DNA of 64,000 nucleotides from Eledone cirrhosa (GCA_964016885.1 OZ024746.1:96658001-96722000), one strand, 5' to 3'. Counted from the stretch's first letter, positions 42,090 through 57,187 are shown. Notes: generated by a model not told the origin, from the sequence alone. Numbers and translations: made by a program.

Positions 42090-42755
42090 TATATATAGAG
42101 AGAGAGAGATACATACATACACATGTACAAACATATATACAAACATACACATATAAAAACATACATATATACCTACAAACATATATATATATATACACAT
42201 ACAAACATACATATATATACATACATACATATATACACATACAAACATACATTTATACATACATATATATATATACACATACAAACATACATATATATAT
42301 ACATATAAAATAAAAAAATGACAAATACAAAAACGATTTGTCTTAGTTTGACACATATATAAACAGGAACACACACATATATAGATCAACAAATACATAT
42401 ATATATACACACACATATTTATATATAAACATACACACACACATATATATAAACACACACACATATAAACACAAACACACACACATATGTATATGTAAAC
42501 ACACACATACATGTAAACATACACATACATGTATAAACATACACACATAAACACACATATATATAAACATACACATATATATATAAACACAAACATACAT
42601 ATATATAAACATACACATACATATATAAACACACACATATATATATATAAACACATACACACATATATATATAAACACACACATACATATATAAACACAC
42701 ACGCACACATATATATATAAACATACACGCATACATACACATATATATATATATC
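42090..42755. repeat. CA/TA microsatellite
   Basis: Direct inspection. Confidence 0.92.
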
Positions 42756-43124
42756 TAGGGTGGATAAAATTGCCGAGATCCATGGATGAGTTCTCTCCAG
42801 CAGCCTCTGTCCCTCATTATCGCTGCCATCTTCTGGTGTTCATAAGAAGCTATTCTTACATATTTCTAAAATGTGACAACTCACCAGACTTTTTAATAAG
42901 TCATGATGCAATGACACATTTTATGGCTCATGTTTAATTTAGGTTAATGATATAACTTTAAAACTATGACATGTAGATATCCTGCTACTCTCAGGTCTTG
43001 AATACCCCCCCCCCCCCCCCCCCCCGTCACGAAACCTACCACCACTATCCCCGGCTTTTATTCCAACCCTCCCGTCATTTATTAAATTTTGCTAATCTAT
43101 CTCCAGCAAAATTTTATTGTAAGT

Positions 43125-43318
43125 TCTTCTTGTGTCCACAAGAGTGTCAGTTACAAAGCTTGGCTAGATGTGGTTCTGCCACAGCTGAACACATTGCTGT
43201 CCTTTCTCAGTAAACTCTGCCAAGTCCAATGTTGTGCAGGGGTGTTCCAGCAGGGGACATATCAGGAGCGTAGTCTGTGGTTTGATGCCGCAGTCACACA
43301 CAGTGTCCCCGTCCTTTA
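43125..43318 (-). mobile_element. Vingi/Ingi-like LINE 3' end
   Basis: CDCGIKPQT..LLICPLLEHPCTTLDLAEF...LW, then GACACAAGAAGAA end. Confidence 0.7.
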
Positions 43319-43354
43319 GAGTAAAGCCACTATATATAATATATCACACTATAT

Positions 43355-43632
43355 CATCATTTCATTTCATTTTACATCCGCTTTTTCCCTGCTTGCAAGG
43401 GTGGGACAGGAACTGATTCTGGCTTGATTTCTACAGCTGGATGCCCTTCCTAACACCAACCTCATTTACAGTGAGTGCTGGGTGCTTTTGCCGTGGCACC
43501 TCCATGACCACTTTGCAGTGGAGTGATATGGACCCCAGTCCCTATCATCTCATTTCTACTGCTGAGTAAACTGGAGCAATGTGAAATAAAGTGTCTTGCT
43601 CAAGGAAACAACACATCACCCAGTCTGAGAAT
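43355..43632 (-). mobile_element. OR-like SINE (5'-truncated)
   Basis: Reverse complement of the 32696 family. Confidence 0.8.
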
Positions 43633-43677
43633 TGATATATATATATATATGTACTATACAACATTATATATACAAGA

Positions 43678-43880
43678 GTCTTGTCATGTCCACAAGAGTG
43701 TCAATTACAAAGCTTGGCTAGATGTAGTCCCACCACAGCTGAACACATTGCTGTCCTTTCTCATTAAACTCTGCCAAGTCCAATGTTGTGCAGGGGTGTT
43801 CCAGCAGGGGGCATATCAGGAGGTGCTGCATAGTCTGTGGTTCAATGCCACAGTCACACACACAACATCCCCATCCTTTA
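43678..43880 (-). mobile_element. Vingi/Ingi-like LINE 3' end, second copy
   Basis: CDCGIEPQTMQHLLICPLLEHPC zinc knuckle. Confidence 0.7.
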
Positions 43881-44848
43881 GATATCCCCGTTTTGCAAGT
43901 GTGACGTTTGTAAGTGATTCATATTGATACAGCAGCGGGAGAATCTACAACTCCATTGATGACTTTCTGGACCTTGGAACCATCTGTAAAGATTCTTATG
44001 TTGCTGGAGAGGTTGTCATGCCCTCAACAAGACTTAAAAGTTCTCTCTACTCTGAATTGTTTCCATTTTATCACCAACCACTTTATATTTAGTTATATTC
44101 ATTTATCTATGAATGTTATTGTGTGTGTATCTCTCCATATATATATTATATATACATATATATATATATTTATGTACTCTCAGACCTTGAATGATTGGCA
44201 CCCTTCCTCTCCGCTTATTAATTTTTCAAATTCCCCTCCCCCTTTTTTCCCCAACCACCTGATTACTAAATTTTGCTACTCTACCTGCTGCGAAATTCTA
44301 TTGTAAGTGATTCATATTGATATAGCAGCTGGAGAATCTAATAATAATTTTATTTTACATTAAAAAAACATTATATATGACAAAAAAAGAACATTCCAAG
44401 AAATCCCATAAGAATGTACACTATACAATCACCAACCCCACCTCCTGCTTATAAGAATTGAAGCAAATGTCCAACCACCTCCACTTACCCCCCCCCCCCC
44501 CCCCCCTATTTGAGACCCAATAGTTTATAGGTAGTAAACATTGATTTTTCTCATCCTGTTCCTCCTTGACAATCTACAATAATGTTGACAATTCTGGTTT
44601 GGGGGGATAACCATTTATTACAGGAAGGTAAAAAAAAAAATTCAAAAAATGGAAATCAAATACATTTCCACCTGAATACTTAACCCTTTAGTTACTAATC
44701 CAGCCAAAACAGGTTCTGATTCTTTGAAATAAAGCCATTTTTTCCCACCTGAGTGAACTGGATCAATGTGAAATAAAGTGTCTTGCTCAAGGACACAACA
44801 CACCACCAGATAAGGGAATTAAACTCACAGCCTCATGATATATATGTA

Positions 44849-45133
44849 CAGTCTGTTTGCTTTTTACGTGAACTTGTATTATGCTAATTCGCTTTAACGC
44901 CTCATGAAAAATATTATTAAATATTCACTTTGTGCAAATAACGTGAGGTTTTTAATTTCTTTATATATCAGAAATATAATATAACAGAATTGACAAAGGA
45001 AATCATCAGAAATAATGACATAGTATATATTAGAGTTGCAGATTTATTAATTTAAATAGGAATATTAGACTTGAATTATGCAAATTTGCTTTACGTGCCG
45101 CATTCGCGAACGCATCTTCGCATAAAAAGCGAA

Positions 45134-45138
<5 letters not shown>
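44849..45138. mobile_element. Tigger/pogo-like MITE
   Basis: TA-CAGT..TTGCTTTTTACGTG / CGCATAAAAAGCGAAAACTA imperfect TIRs. Confidence 0.5.
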
Positions 45139-45193
<55 letters not shown>

Positions 45194-45194
<1 letters not shown>

Positions 45195-45460
45195 GAGGCA
45201 TGTGGCCTGGAGGTAAGGGTGTTGGACTTACGATTATAAGGTTGTGGGTTTGATACCTGGGTTGCGTGTTGTGTTCTTGAGCAAAACACTTCATTTCACA
45301 TTGCTCCAGTATACTCAGTTGAGCAATAGCTGGGGGTTTAACCCTGCGATGGACTGGCGTCCCGTCCAGGGGGGAGTCTTGTTCTCTCAGTCGCTTTACG
45401 CCATGAAACCAGGATAAGCACTGGCCAAATGAGCCTTCCGGCTTAAGACAGACTTTAGAC
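45194..45460 (+). mobile_element. tRNA-derived SINE with V-domain-like body
   Basis: Degenerate A/B boxes; CCTGCGATGGACTGGCGTCCCGTCCAGGG. Confidence 0.75.
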
Positions 45461-46000
45461 ACACACACATATATATATATATATACTACCAAAATTAAAT
45501 TAAATTCTCATGTGTGAGAATATCAGAAACGTGCGCCATATCACCTGCAGAAAAGCTCAAAGATTCCAAAGAATAAATCCGAGCATTTATTAACATTAAA
45601 TTAAAAGTCAATTGACATATATATATAAAATAAACACATCAAACATTGACAGGGAATAATTTGTAAAGAGTGTAAACACACAGTTACGGAGGTAACATTA
45701 AAAATTTAACGAGAACCTTGAATATAGATACCTTGCAATAATGATTAATCTCCTTTGTATATATTCCATTAAAGAAATATATTTCACCATATATATATAT
45801 ATATATATATACATCTACACATCCCATATCTTGATGCTGCCTTACCCACTATTTTAGCTAGCATTTCCCCACTCCCTAAATACCCACAAATCTTTTTCTC
45901 TTTTACATCTTGTCTCTTGCTCTTGTCCATTATGTCCTTCCCTTTCTGATGAATGATTAAAGTCCACAACATAGAAGACTATCCTTTATTTCATTCAACT

Positions 46001-46236
46001 ATTAAACCTTTAGTTACCAACCTGGTCAAAACTGGCTCTAGTTCTATGAAATAAAACCACCCATTTTAAAGGTTTCTAATTTAAATTAAAATCTTCCAAC
46101 ATATTTTTATATAAGAACCTTACATTAAGTTACTATCTTAGTAATGAAATAATTAGTAATTTTAGTAAATCCCTCAAAATTCTCCATTAATTAATCAAAA
46201 TACAGTGTATTTCATGAAATACTATCAAAAAGGTTA
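46001..46236. mobile_element. Family 2 piggyBac-like MITE
   Basis: TTAA ends and shared internal sequence. Confidence 0.7.
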
Positions 46237-46704
46237 ACTCAAAATGAAAAATGAAATTTACAGCTCACACCTATATAATGTGCAGGAGCCTCCTCCTAAT
46301 TCATTTTGAAGCAAGCCAACACACTCGCAGCATTTCCACGGGTGATAGTGAGGTTAAGGCACTGGAACAACCAAGCACCTTATGGGCAGCAACTGACACT
46401 TCAGTAAGGCAACCGACCAATGATGACAAGAACTTCATTGTCGGCGGCCCAGCTCAGTTATAAGAAGACTTCTGGCTTGCTTCAAAAAGAAGAGGCGGAT
46501 GAGGAGATGAAGAAGGAACTGAAGCATCAATTATTTTTAATGGTAGAATTATAATTGCATTGCTCTGCCAGTTGACGATGTGATAGGAATCATTAGCATG
46601 CAACAGAATCATATCCCCAGGATCAACATTGTAATAAGGAATTTTTTTCAGCATCATATTATATCTTGTTCCATCCTAACAAATATTGGATGGCTCTGAA
46701 AATG

Positions 46705-46706
<2 letters not shown>

Positions 46707-46772
<66 letters not shown>

Positions 46773-46886
46773 TAAGAGAGAGAGTGTATTTATGTGTATA
46801 ATATACATGTATGTAAATATATACACATACATTTTTATATATATATATATATGTGTGTGTGTATATATATATATATATATAATATA

Positions 46887-46926
<40 letters not shown>

Positions 46927-47040
46927 GTGTGTGTATATATATATATATATATAATATATGTGTGTGTATATATGTGTGTGTGTGTGTGTATATACATACA
47001 CACATAATATATATGTGTGTGTGTGTGTGTGTATGCATAT
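46707..47040. repeat. TA/TG microsatellite
   Basis: Direct inspection. Confidence 0.9.
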
Positions 47041-47244
47041 GGTGCAAGCATTCTTAGAATTTGATGGTCTGCATAACACCAAATCATTCATCCGTAAAAT
47101 AGAAGTAATATTTTTTTTCTGTCAGAATAACTGAAACATGCTTAGAGTTTGTTGGGTTTTTTTTTCTTTCTATTTTTTCTAAAAGTACAACATATATGAA
47201 AACATTATACAATAATAACAGCGTGATATACAGAGTGGAAATAT

Positions 47245-50200
47245 GTGGTGGACATCATGTCACATATACTGAAGTATGATACTGTGATATTGGCCTGGAG
47301 ATGGCAATACTGGACACAGAACTGCAGTGGACATCATATCTCATATACTGAAGTATGATACTGTGATATTGGCCTGGAGATGGCAATACTGGACAGAGAA
47401 CTGCAGTGGACATCATATCTCATATACTGAAGTATGATACTGTGATATTGGCCTGGAGATGGCAATACTGGACACAGAACTGCAGTGGACATCATATCTC
47501 ATATACTGAAGTATGATACTGTGATATTGGCCTGGAGATGGCAATACTGGATACAGAACTGTGGTGGACATCATGTCACATATACTGAAGTATGATACTG
47601 TGATATTGGCCTGGAGATGGCAATACTGGACAGAGAACTGCAGTGGACATCATATCACATATACTGAAGTATGATACTGTGATATTGGCCTGGAGATGGC
47701 AATACTGGACAGAGAACTGCAGTGGACATCATATCACATATACTGAAGTATAATACTGTGATATTGGCCTGGAGATGGCAATACTGGACACAGAACTGTG
47801 GTGGACATCATGTCACATATACTGAAGTATGATACTGTGATATTGGCCTGGAGATGGCAATACTGGACACAGAACTGTGGTGGACATCATGTCACATATA
47901 CTGAAGTATGATACTGTGATATTGGCCTGGAGATGGCAATACTGGACAGAGAACTGCAGTGGACATCATATCTCATATACTGAAGTATGATACTGTGATA
48001 TTGGCCTGGAGATGGCAATACTGGACACAGAACTGCAGTGGACATCATATCTCATATACTGAAGTATGATACTGTGATATTGGCCTGGAGATGGCAATAC
48101 TGGATACAGAACTGTGGTGGACATCATGTCACATATACTGAAGTATGATACTGTGATATTGGCCTGGAGATGGCAATACTGGACAGAGAACTGCAGTGGA
48201 CATCATATCACATATACTGAAGTATGATACTGTGATATTGGCCTGGAGATGGCAATACTGGACACAGAACTGTGGTGGACATCATGTCACATATACTGAA
48301 GTATGATACTGTGATATTGGCCTGGAGATGGCAATACTGGACACAGAACTGCAGTGGACATCATATCACATATACTGAAGTATGATACTGTGATATTGGC
48401 CTGGAGATGGCAATACTGGACACAGAACTGCAGTGGACATCATATCACATATACTGAAGTATGATACTGTGATATTGGCCTGGAGATGGCAATACTGGAC
48501 AGAGAACTGCAGTGGACATCATATCACATATACTGAAGTATGATACTGTGATATTGGCCTAGAGATGGCAATACTGGACAGAGAACTGCAGTGGACATCA
48601 TATCACATATACTGAAGTATGATACTGTGATATTGGCCTAGAGATGGCAATACTGGACACAGAACTGCAGTGCACATCATATCACATATACTGAAGTATG
48701 ATACTGTGATATTGGCCTGGAGATGGCAATACTGGACAGAGAACTGCAGTGGACATCATATCTCATATACTGAAGTATAATACTGTGATATTGGCCTGGA
48801 GATGGCAATACTGGACAGAGAACTGCAGTGGACATCATATCACATATACTGAAGTATGATACTGTGATATTGGCCTAGAGATGGCAATACTGGACAGAGA
48901 ACTGCAGTGGACATCATATCACACATACTGAAGTATGATACTGTGATATTGGCCTGGAGATGGCAATACTGGACAGAGAACTGCAGTGGACATCATATCA
49001 CATATACTGAAGTATGATACTGTGACATTGGCCTAGAGATGGCAATACTGGACAGAGAACTGCAGTGGACATCATATCACATATACTGAAGTATGATACT
49101 GTGATATTGGCCTGGAGATGGCAATACTGGACACAGAACTGCAGTGGACATCATGTCACATATACTGAAGTATAATACTGTGATATTGGCCAGGAGATGG
49201 CAATACTGGACAGAGAACTGCAGTGGACATCATATCACATATACTGAAGTATGATACTGTGATATTGGCCTGGAGATGGCAATACTGGACACAGAACTGT
49301 GGTGGACATCCTGTCACATATACTGAAGTCTGATACTGTGATATTGGCCTGGAGATGGCAATACTGGACACAGAACTGCAGTGGACATCATATCACATAT
49401 ACTGAAGTATGATACTGTGATATTGGCCTGGAGATGGCAATACTGGACACAGAACTGCAGTGGACATCATATCACATATACTGAAGTATGATACTGTGAT
49501 ATTGGCCTGGAGATGGCAATACTGGACACAGAACTGCAGTGGACATCATATCACATATACTGAAGTATGATACTGTGATATTGGCCTGGAGATGGCAATA
49601 CTGGACAGAGAACTGCAGTGGACATCATATCTCATATACTGAAGTATAATACTGTGATATTGGCCTGGAGATGGCAATACTGGACACAGAAGTGTGGTGG
49701 ACATCATATCACATATACTGAAGTATGATACTGTGATATTGGCCTGGAGATGGCAATACTGGACAGAGAACTGCAGTGCACATCATATCTCATATACTGA
49801 AGTATGATACTGTGATATTGGCCTGGAGATGGCAATACTGGACAGAGAACTGCAGTGGACATCATATCTCATATACTGAAGTATAATACTGTGATATTGG
49901 CCTGGAGATGGCAATACTGGACAGAGAACTGCAGTGGACATCATATCTCATATACTGAAGTATGATACTGTGATACTGGCCTGGAGATGGCAATACTGGA
50001 CAGAGAACTGCAGTGCACATCATATCACATATACTGAAGTATGATACTGTGATATTGGCCTGGAGATGGCAATACTGGACACAGAACTGCAGTGGACATC
50101 ATATCACATATACTGAAGTATAATACTGTGATATTGGCCTGGAGATGGCAATACTGGACAGAGAACTGCAGTGGACATCATATCACATATACTGAAGTAT

Positions 50201-51690
50201 AATACTGTGATATTGGCCTGGAGATGGCAATACTGGACACAGAACTGCAGTGGACATCATATCACATATACTGAAGTATGATACTGTGATATTGGCCTGG
50301 AGATGGCAATACTGGACAGAGAACTGCAGTGCACATCATATCTCATATACTGAAGTATGATACTGTGATATTGGCCTGGAGATGGCAATACTGGACACAG
50401 AACTGCAGTGGACATCATATCACATATACTGAAGTATAATACTGTGATATTGGCCTGGAGATGGCAATACTGGACAGAGAACTGCAGTGGACATCATATC
50501 ACATATACTGAAGTATAATACTGTGATATTGGCCTGGAGATGGCAATACTGGACAGAGAACTGCAGTGGACATCATATCACATATACTGAAGTATAATAC
50601 TGTGATATTGGCCTGGAGATGGCAATACTGGACACAGAACTGCAGTGGACATCATATCACATATACTGAAGTATGATACTGTGATATTGGCCTGGAGATG
50701 GCAATACTGGACACAGAACTGCAGTGGACATCATATCACATATACTGAAGTATGATACTGTGATATTGGCCTGGAGATGGCAATACTGGACACAGAACTG
50801 CAGTGGACATCATATCACATATACTGAAGTATGATACTGTGATATTGGCCTGGAGATGGCAATACTGGACAGAGAACTGCAGTGGACATCATGTCACATA
50901 TACTGAAGTATGATACTGTGATATTGGCCTGGAAATGGCAATACTGGACAGAGAACTGCAGTGGACATCATATCACATATACTGAAGTATGATACTGTGA
51001 TATTGGCCTGGAGATGGCAATACTGGACACAGAACTGCAGTGGACATCATATCACATATACTGAAGTATGATACTGTGATATTGGCCTGGAGATGGCAAT
51101 ACTGGACAGAGAACTGCAGTGGACATCATATCTCATATACTGAAGTATGATACTGTGATATTGGCCTGGAGATGGCAATACTGGACACAGAACTGTGGTG
51201 GACATCATTATCACATATACTGAAGTATAATACTGTGATATTGGCCTGGAGATGGCAATACTGGACACAGAACTGCAGTGGACATCATATCACATATACT
51301 GAAGTATGATACTGTGATATTGGCCTGGAGATGGCAATACTGACAGAGAACTGCAGTGCACATCATATCACATATACTGAAGTATGATACTGTGATATTG
51401 GCCTGGAGATGGCAATACTGACAGAGAACTGCAGTGCACATCATATCACATATACTGAAGTATGATACTGTGATATTGGCCTGGAGATGGCAATACTGGA
51501 CACAGAACTGTGGTGGACATCATATCACATATACTGAAGTATGATACTGTGATATTGGCCTCAATACTGGACACAGAAGTGTGGTGGACATCATGTCACA
51601 TACATTGACAATCTGTAGTTTGATATTGACCTAGAGATGGCAATACTGGGCACAGAAGTGTGGTGGACATTATGTCACATACGTTGACAG
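47245..51690. repeat. 79-bp satellite, about 56 copies
   Basis: GACATC at 47251 and 47330; unit GTGGACATCATATCACATATACTGAAGTATGATACTGTGATATTGGCCTGGAGATGGCAATACTGGACACAGAACTGCA. Confidence 0.98.
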
Positions 51691-51759
51691 CATGAAGCAG
51701 GATATTGGTCAGGAATCTATACAGAAACTGAAGTTGATAATGATGGACATAGATAAATG

Positions 51760-52340
51760 TGTATCAGGGACTTTGATGCTTTGGCCTGGATGATATCTTG
51801 GATAATGATTGAAAGAATATGATTGCAAATACAAGCAGCTGAAATGGGGTTCCTTCACTCCAGGTAGAGCCACTACTTTTCCGAACTGAGAGATCAGAGC
51901 TCCGATACTACAAACATCTAGTTAGAATGTCTCAGGAAAGAATCACTGGAGAGTCACTCCAGGTAGAGCCGTGATAGAGAGATCACAGCTCTGATACTAT
52001 GGGTATGTGGTTAGAATGTCTCAGGAAAGAATCACTGGAGAGTCACTCCAGGTAGAGCCGTGATTGAGAGATCATAGCTCTGATACTATGGGTATGTGGT
52101 TAGAATGTCTCAGGAAAGAATCGCTGGACAGATTTTAGAGGCAAAACCAACTAGCAAGAGACCCAGGAGTAGACCCTGAGCAAGATAGTTGGATAACATA
52201 CACGAGCTTGGCTGGTTTCACTTGGGGATCCAACCAGATCAATTGGAGATGATGGCTTCTGACAGGACCTGCTGGAAGGAGTGTTTGAGGACTTTGCCCC
52301 CATGACCCTTTCAGGAATAAGTGGGCAAAAGAGGACGAGG
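51760..52340 (+). mobile_element. RTE LINE 3' fragment with internal tandem duplications
   Basis: IQAAEMGFL, QL*YYGYVVRMSQER repeated three times. Confidence 0.75.
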
Positions 52341-52550
52341 ACTTTAATTTCTAATGTGATACAGTTATAATGCTGTTTTGTAATTTTCAAGAATGTCTTG
52401 TTAATTCAAAGATTGATAGTGCATTTACAGACATTGCAAAAATATGCAGTATTAGAGCAAATAAAGACTTTAGGTTTTTATGTGATGCCGTTTTGTACTT
52501 TTCAATAATGTCTTGCTAATGTGGTTTCATATGGAGCAAGATATTAAAAG

Positions 52551-52998
52551 TTAACCCTTTAGCAACCTGGCCAAAACCAGCTCTGGTTCTCTGAAATAAA
52601 ACTACACATTTTAAATGTTTCCAATTAAAATCTTCCAACATAATTTTATATAAGAATCTTACATTAAGTTACTATCTTAGTAATGAAATAATAATTTTAG
52701 TAAATCCCTCAAAATTCTTCAGTAATTAATTGAAATAGAATGTATTTCATTAGAAATGTGGTCAGGAAAGAATTAACATTAACCCTTTAGTTAGCAAACC
52801 TGGCCAAAACCAGCTCTGGTTCTATGAAATAAAACTACACATTTTAAAGGTTTCCATTTAAAATCTTCCAACATAATTTTATATAAGAATCTTACATTAA
52901 GTTACTATCTTAGTAATGAAATAATTAATAATTTTAGTAAATCCCTCCAAATTCTTCATAAATTAATTAGGATAGAAATACAGTTATGAAAGGGTTAA
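52551..52998. mobile_element. Two tandem family 2 piggyBac-like MITEs
   Basis: TTAACCCTTTAG starts at 52551 and 52779. Confidence 0.75.
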
Positions 52999-53557
52999 TT
53001 GTTGATTTCTAAACTCTATGTAAAGTATCTGGCTATAAAAAACTTTAAACTTATCATAACCTCGTTCTTGAAACCTGCACTACTACAAACCCTACTCATA
53101 TTTGTACAATGTACATAACTTAAATTTAAAGAACCAACTGACCCAAAACAGACTCTCAGCTTAAAAGATTAATCTTTATTTATCTGTCTTCTCACAAAAT
53201 AATCCAATACTAATGCTACAACTAATTTTAGATAATAAAAATTGAATATATCTGCTTATAAATATTTTTTTAAAGACAGCAGCTAGCTTTTAGTTAAACT
53301 AATAATCAGAATTCAATGTGGGACAAAACCTCAATGAGAGTCACTCATGCTGATCAAATAAAATAATGAATCACAATTAAAACAGATAAGTTAATCACTA
53401 AAGCTTAACAGTTTTTTTAATTTTATTCTTGATAAAATTCTTTTACCTCTGTGGCTATATTGGGACATTGCATTCAGTGGTTTATTTCATTAAAACTACA
53501 GCCACCATTCACAAACAAGTATGACTTGGTAGTATGAACCATGCTTTTGCTGAAGGT

Positions 53558-54130
53558 TTAACCCTTTACCATTTACATTACTCTACATTTGTATTATTGT
53601 ATTTTCTTGGTAAAGGAAGGCTTATATCACATAATTTTCTCAAGAACAATACCTGAACATCAGTATGAGTGACCAGTTATGGCCAGTTTAAATAGAAAAA
53701 GGTGAGCGAATTCTGGCTAGATATGGCCAGTTTAACTCATTAGCATTTACATTACTCAATATTTACTATTGTATTTTTGTGGTAAAGGATTATCTCAATG
53801 AATCTGAGATTTTGAGAACAATACCTTAACATCAGTATGAGTGGCCAGTTACAGCTGCTTTGAACAGAAAGAGGTGAGAGAATTCTGGCTGGACATGACC
53901 AGTTTAAATGCTAAAGGGTCAACCCTTTAGCATTTACATTACTCTATATATACTATTATATTTTCACAGTACATAATTATCTCACACAATATCGAATCTA
54001 TGAGATTTTGATGTTAATTTTGAGAACAATACCTTAACATCAGTACGAGTGGCCAAATACAGTCGGTTTGAACAAAAAGAGGTGAGAGAATTCTGGTCGG
54101 ATTCGACTGGTTTAAATGCTAAACGGTTAA
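53558..54130. mobile_element. Three tandem family 1 piggyBac-like MITEs
   Basis: Repeated TIR and core. Confidence 0.75.
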
Positions 54131-54470
54131 GGTGCTCATACAATAATGAGCAGACACAGCCTCTTGACCCTCCTATCCATTGATCCAGTAGATCATCCAG
54201 GAAGTGGGAAACTGGAAGGAGAGAGGTCTGCATCAGCGCTTCAGTTCACTGGTACTTTCTTTATCGATCTCCTTAAGAATGAAAGGCAAAGTGGACCCTG
54301 GTTGGGTTTGAACTGAAAACAGAGACCTGGAAGAAATATCCAATGCTCTGACAATCCTGCCATACTGACCCCCTTTGATCATAATCCCAGTAATTATTTT
54401 ATTGATGCTCGTTTTATCAAGCTGCTAAATTACAGAACATACCAGGAACACAACACAAATATAACGTATT

Positions 54471-54650
54471 TGGCAGTATCGGTAGAGGGTCGGACGCCAT
54501 GCTTTGACGCATAGTTACGGCCCTTGCCATTCTGAGTTCAAATCCCGCCGAGGTTAACTTTGCCTTTCATCCTTACGGGGTCGATAAAATAAAGTACCAG
54601 TAATACACTGGGAAATTGCTGGCCTTGTGCCAAAAGTAGAAACAATTATT
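54471..54650 (+). mobile_element. Full-length OK-like SINE
   Basis: TGGCAGTATCGG A-box, GAGTTCAAATCCC B-box, Nin-like domain, ATTATTA tail. Confidence 0.88.
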
Positions 54651-55014
54651 AGCAATAGATCTTTTTTGAAGAAAATGAACATATCTCATTTGATTTATCA
54701 GATGTTGATATCTTTTGATTATAAACAAGAACATTTTCATAGGGGAGGAGCTGAAATAAATCAGTATATTACTGGTACTTATTCAATTGAACTACCAAAA
54801 GCTTTTATCTATTATCTTATATATGGGTGAAAACCAACCAGCAAGAGACCCAGGGGTCAACTCTAAGCAAGTTGGTTGGATAACATCCATGAACTTGGCT
54901 GGTCTCACTTGGGTATCAGGCAGATCAATTGGGGAAGATTGCTTGACAGGACCTGCTGGAAGGAGTCGGAGATGACGATGACGTTAATTCAAATGTTTAC
55001 ATTATCTTATCTTT

Positions 55015-55450
55015 ATTACTGGGCTAATTGTTGTCTCCCTGAGCATGGATACATTGAAGCTCAGACATCTGGCAACTGACTTGGTAGACACCCACAAGAT
55101 TATTATCTTTCCAAGAACAACTCTCAGCATCTTTTTGAATGGACATGCTTACAAAATCAGAAAACAGTATAGCTCCCATGACTTTCGGAAACATTTTTTC
55201 ATGCTGAGTTGCTGAAGCATGGCACAAACTACCTACACCAGTCATTAGCTATTAAGACACTGCATCCTTCAAAACTTCCATGCTTCCTGAAATTTGCTAA
55301 CACTACACCTGATATTCCCCCTCCATGCATGCTTGTGTGTATATGACTCTCACACTTCACTTTCCTGACATTTGTACATTATTCTATGTACTATACATGC
55401 ACATTTGATGAGTTGTAGTGCACCTGAGCACTGTACACAATTTTCATTAT
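55015..55450 (+). mobile_element. CR1-like LINE 3' fragment
   Basis: LSMDTLKLRHLATDLVDTHKII...FRKHFF..AEAWHKLP. Confidence 0.7.
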
Positions 55451-55819
55451 ATAAAATTATAGTTAAGATTTGCAGTAAACTGAAATAAAAATTTCAATTT
55501 TTTTATGTGATGCAGTCAAATGATGTTTTTTTACTTTTCAAGAATATCTTGTTAATATAGTTTCATGTGGTTCAGAATATTAAAAGTTAAATATTGATTT
55601 TTTTTTTTATTTTGATTTTACAAGACCAATTACATAACAGAGAAGACTATACCAAATTGGATTGGTTCCAACATTTCTTAAATCACTTAGTCATAGGAAG
55701 AAGGAAAGCAACCATGACCCTTTTTAGAGTCACCAACACTGGAGAGAAGGTTGGAGGAACATCTTCAGACCAAAGACTTGGCCCGAACACTTGCAACTGA
55801 GTGGATTCTGTTAAAGGGT

Positions 55820-56010
55820 CAACCCTTTAGCATTTACATTACTCTATATATACTATTGTATTAATATTTTTGTGGTAAAGGCTTTACCTCACATAATTAT
55901 CTCATATCAAATTTATGAGATTTTGATGTTATTTATTTTGTGAACAATACCTTAACATCAGTTTGAGAGGCCAGTTACAACCAGTTTGAATAGAAAGAGG
56001 TGAGAGAATC
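55820..56010. mobile_element. Family 1 piggyBac-like MITE (partial)
   Basis: 5' TIR and core. Confidence 0.7.
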
Positions 56011-56775
56011 ATATTTATTTGGCTAGGACAGTGGAGTGGTAGAACTATTAGAGTCAGACCAAATATATTACAGTACTTTAGTCACGGTTCTCTATGTTTT
56101 GGGTGCTTTTTGTTGTGACTACAGTCTGTACTAGGTGTTTTTTGTCATGACTCCTACACCACTTTACAGTGTAATGGTGGTGTGATCAGATATGGGTAGA
56201 CTGTTAGGGCATTGGAGGTGCATGGAAAGAGGGGGGGGGGACAGGAAAATGGTTAAAAGGTGCATACCAGATGCATTCTTCAGTCCAATAATAAGAAAAT
56301 TGGTTCATCATCATCATCACCGTTTAATGTCCATTTATCCAGGCTTACCATGGGCATCCTTATCATTATTTAACATATGTTTTCCTTGCTACAACTCTTA
56401 AATTCTGATTTTCAAAATGATAAAGAGTGTCTTTCATTAGAAATATGATAGTGAAAGAGTTAATATACACAAATATTTTTTTTCTTCTAAAAATTAGAAA
56501 TCTGTAGGTTGTTGTTGACAGAATGTAAAAAAAAACTGTTTCTCCAATCTTAGCCAAAAGTAGAATAAATATCTAGAGCAGCAACAGTTCCATAATAACA
56601 AATAGCTTGACATACTTTACAGAAGTTAAATTAACTTTTCTCAGTCAACAGGGTAAAATGGGACAGAAATAGTTTATAAAAGTGATAGGTCTCAATTACA
56701 CATCAGAAATGGACTCTGCTGCATTTTTTTTCTCTTTCTTATTAATGTTCATAATTAAGAAGCTGCTATATATAT

Positions 56776-57155
56776 ATCATCATCGTTTTACGTCTGTTCT
56801 TCCATGCTAGCATGGATTAGACGGGTTGTCCTGTTGTGAGCAGTGTCCAGTCGGCTGACCTTCCCTTGCTCATAGGGGAACTGATTCTGGCTGGATTTCT
56901 ACAGCTGGATGCCCTTCCTAACACCAACCTCATTTACAGTGAGTGCTGGGTGCTTTTTTGCCATGGCACCTCCATGACCACTCTTCGGAATGATAGGAAC
57001 CCCAGTCCCATCATCTCATTTCTACAGCTTAGGAAACTGGAGCAATGTGAAATAAAGTGACTTGCTCAAGGAAACAACACATCACCCGGTCTGAGAATTG
57101 AACTCACAACCTTTCGATTGCAAGCCCAATGCTCTAACACTAAGCCATGCGCCTT
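56776..57155 (-). mobile_element. Full-length OR-like SINE
   Basis: Reverse complement of the 32696 family with (GAT)n tail. Confidence 0.85.
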
Positions 57156-57187
57156 CACTGCCTGATATATATAATATATATATATAT

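Noticed and set aside
45935-45990. CTGATGA motif
   Set aside because: No GAAA or stems. Similar heptamers at 9901 and 37248 lie inside LINE coding sequence.
46251-46680. Short ORFs in a unique, higher-GC stretch
   Set aside because: No recognisable motif or splice structure; left uncalled.
47245-51690. Hammerhead-like CTGGAGA...GAA-CTGCAG-TG in the 79-bp unit
   Set aside because: The core breaks CUGANGA, has no GAAA, has G at the cleavage position and has no convincing stem I or II.
54471-54550. tRNA genes (also 32696 and 57080-57155)
   Set aside because: The A/B boxes belong to SINE heads, with no intact cloverleaf.
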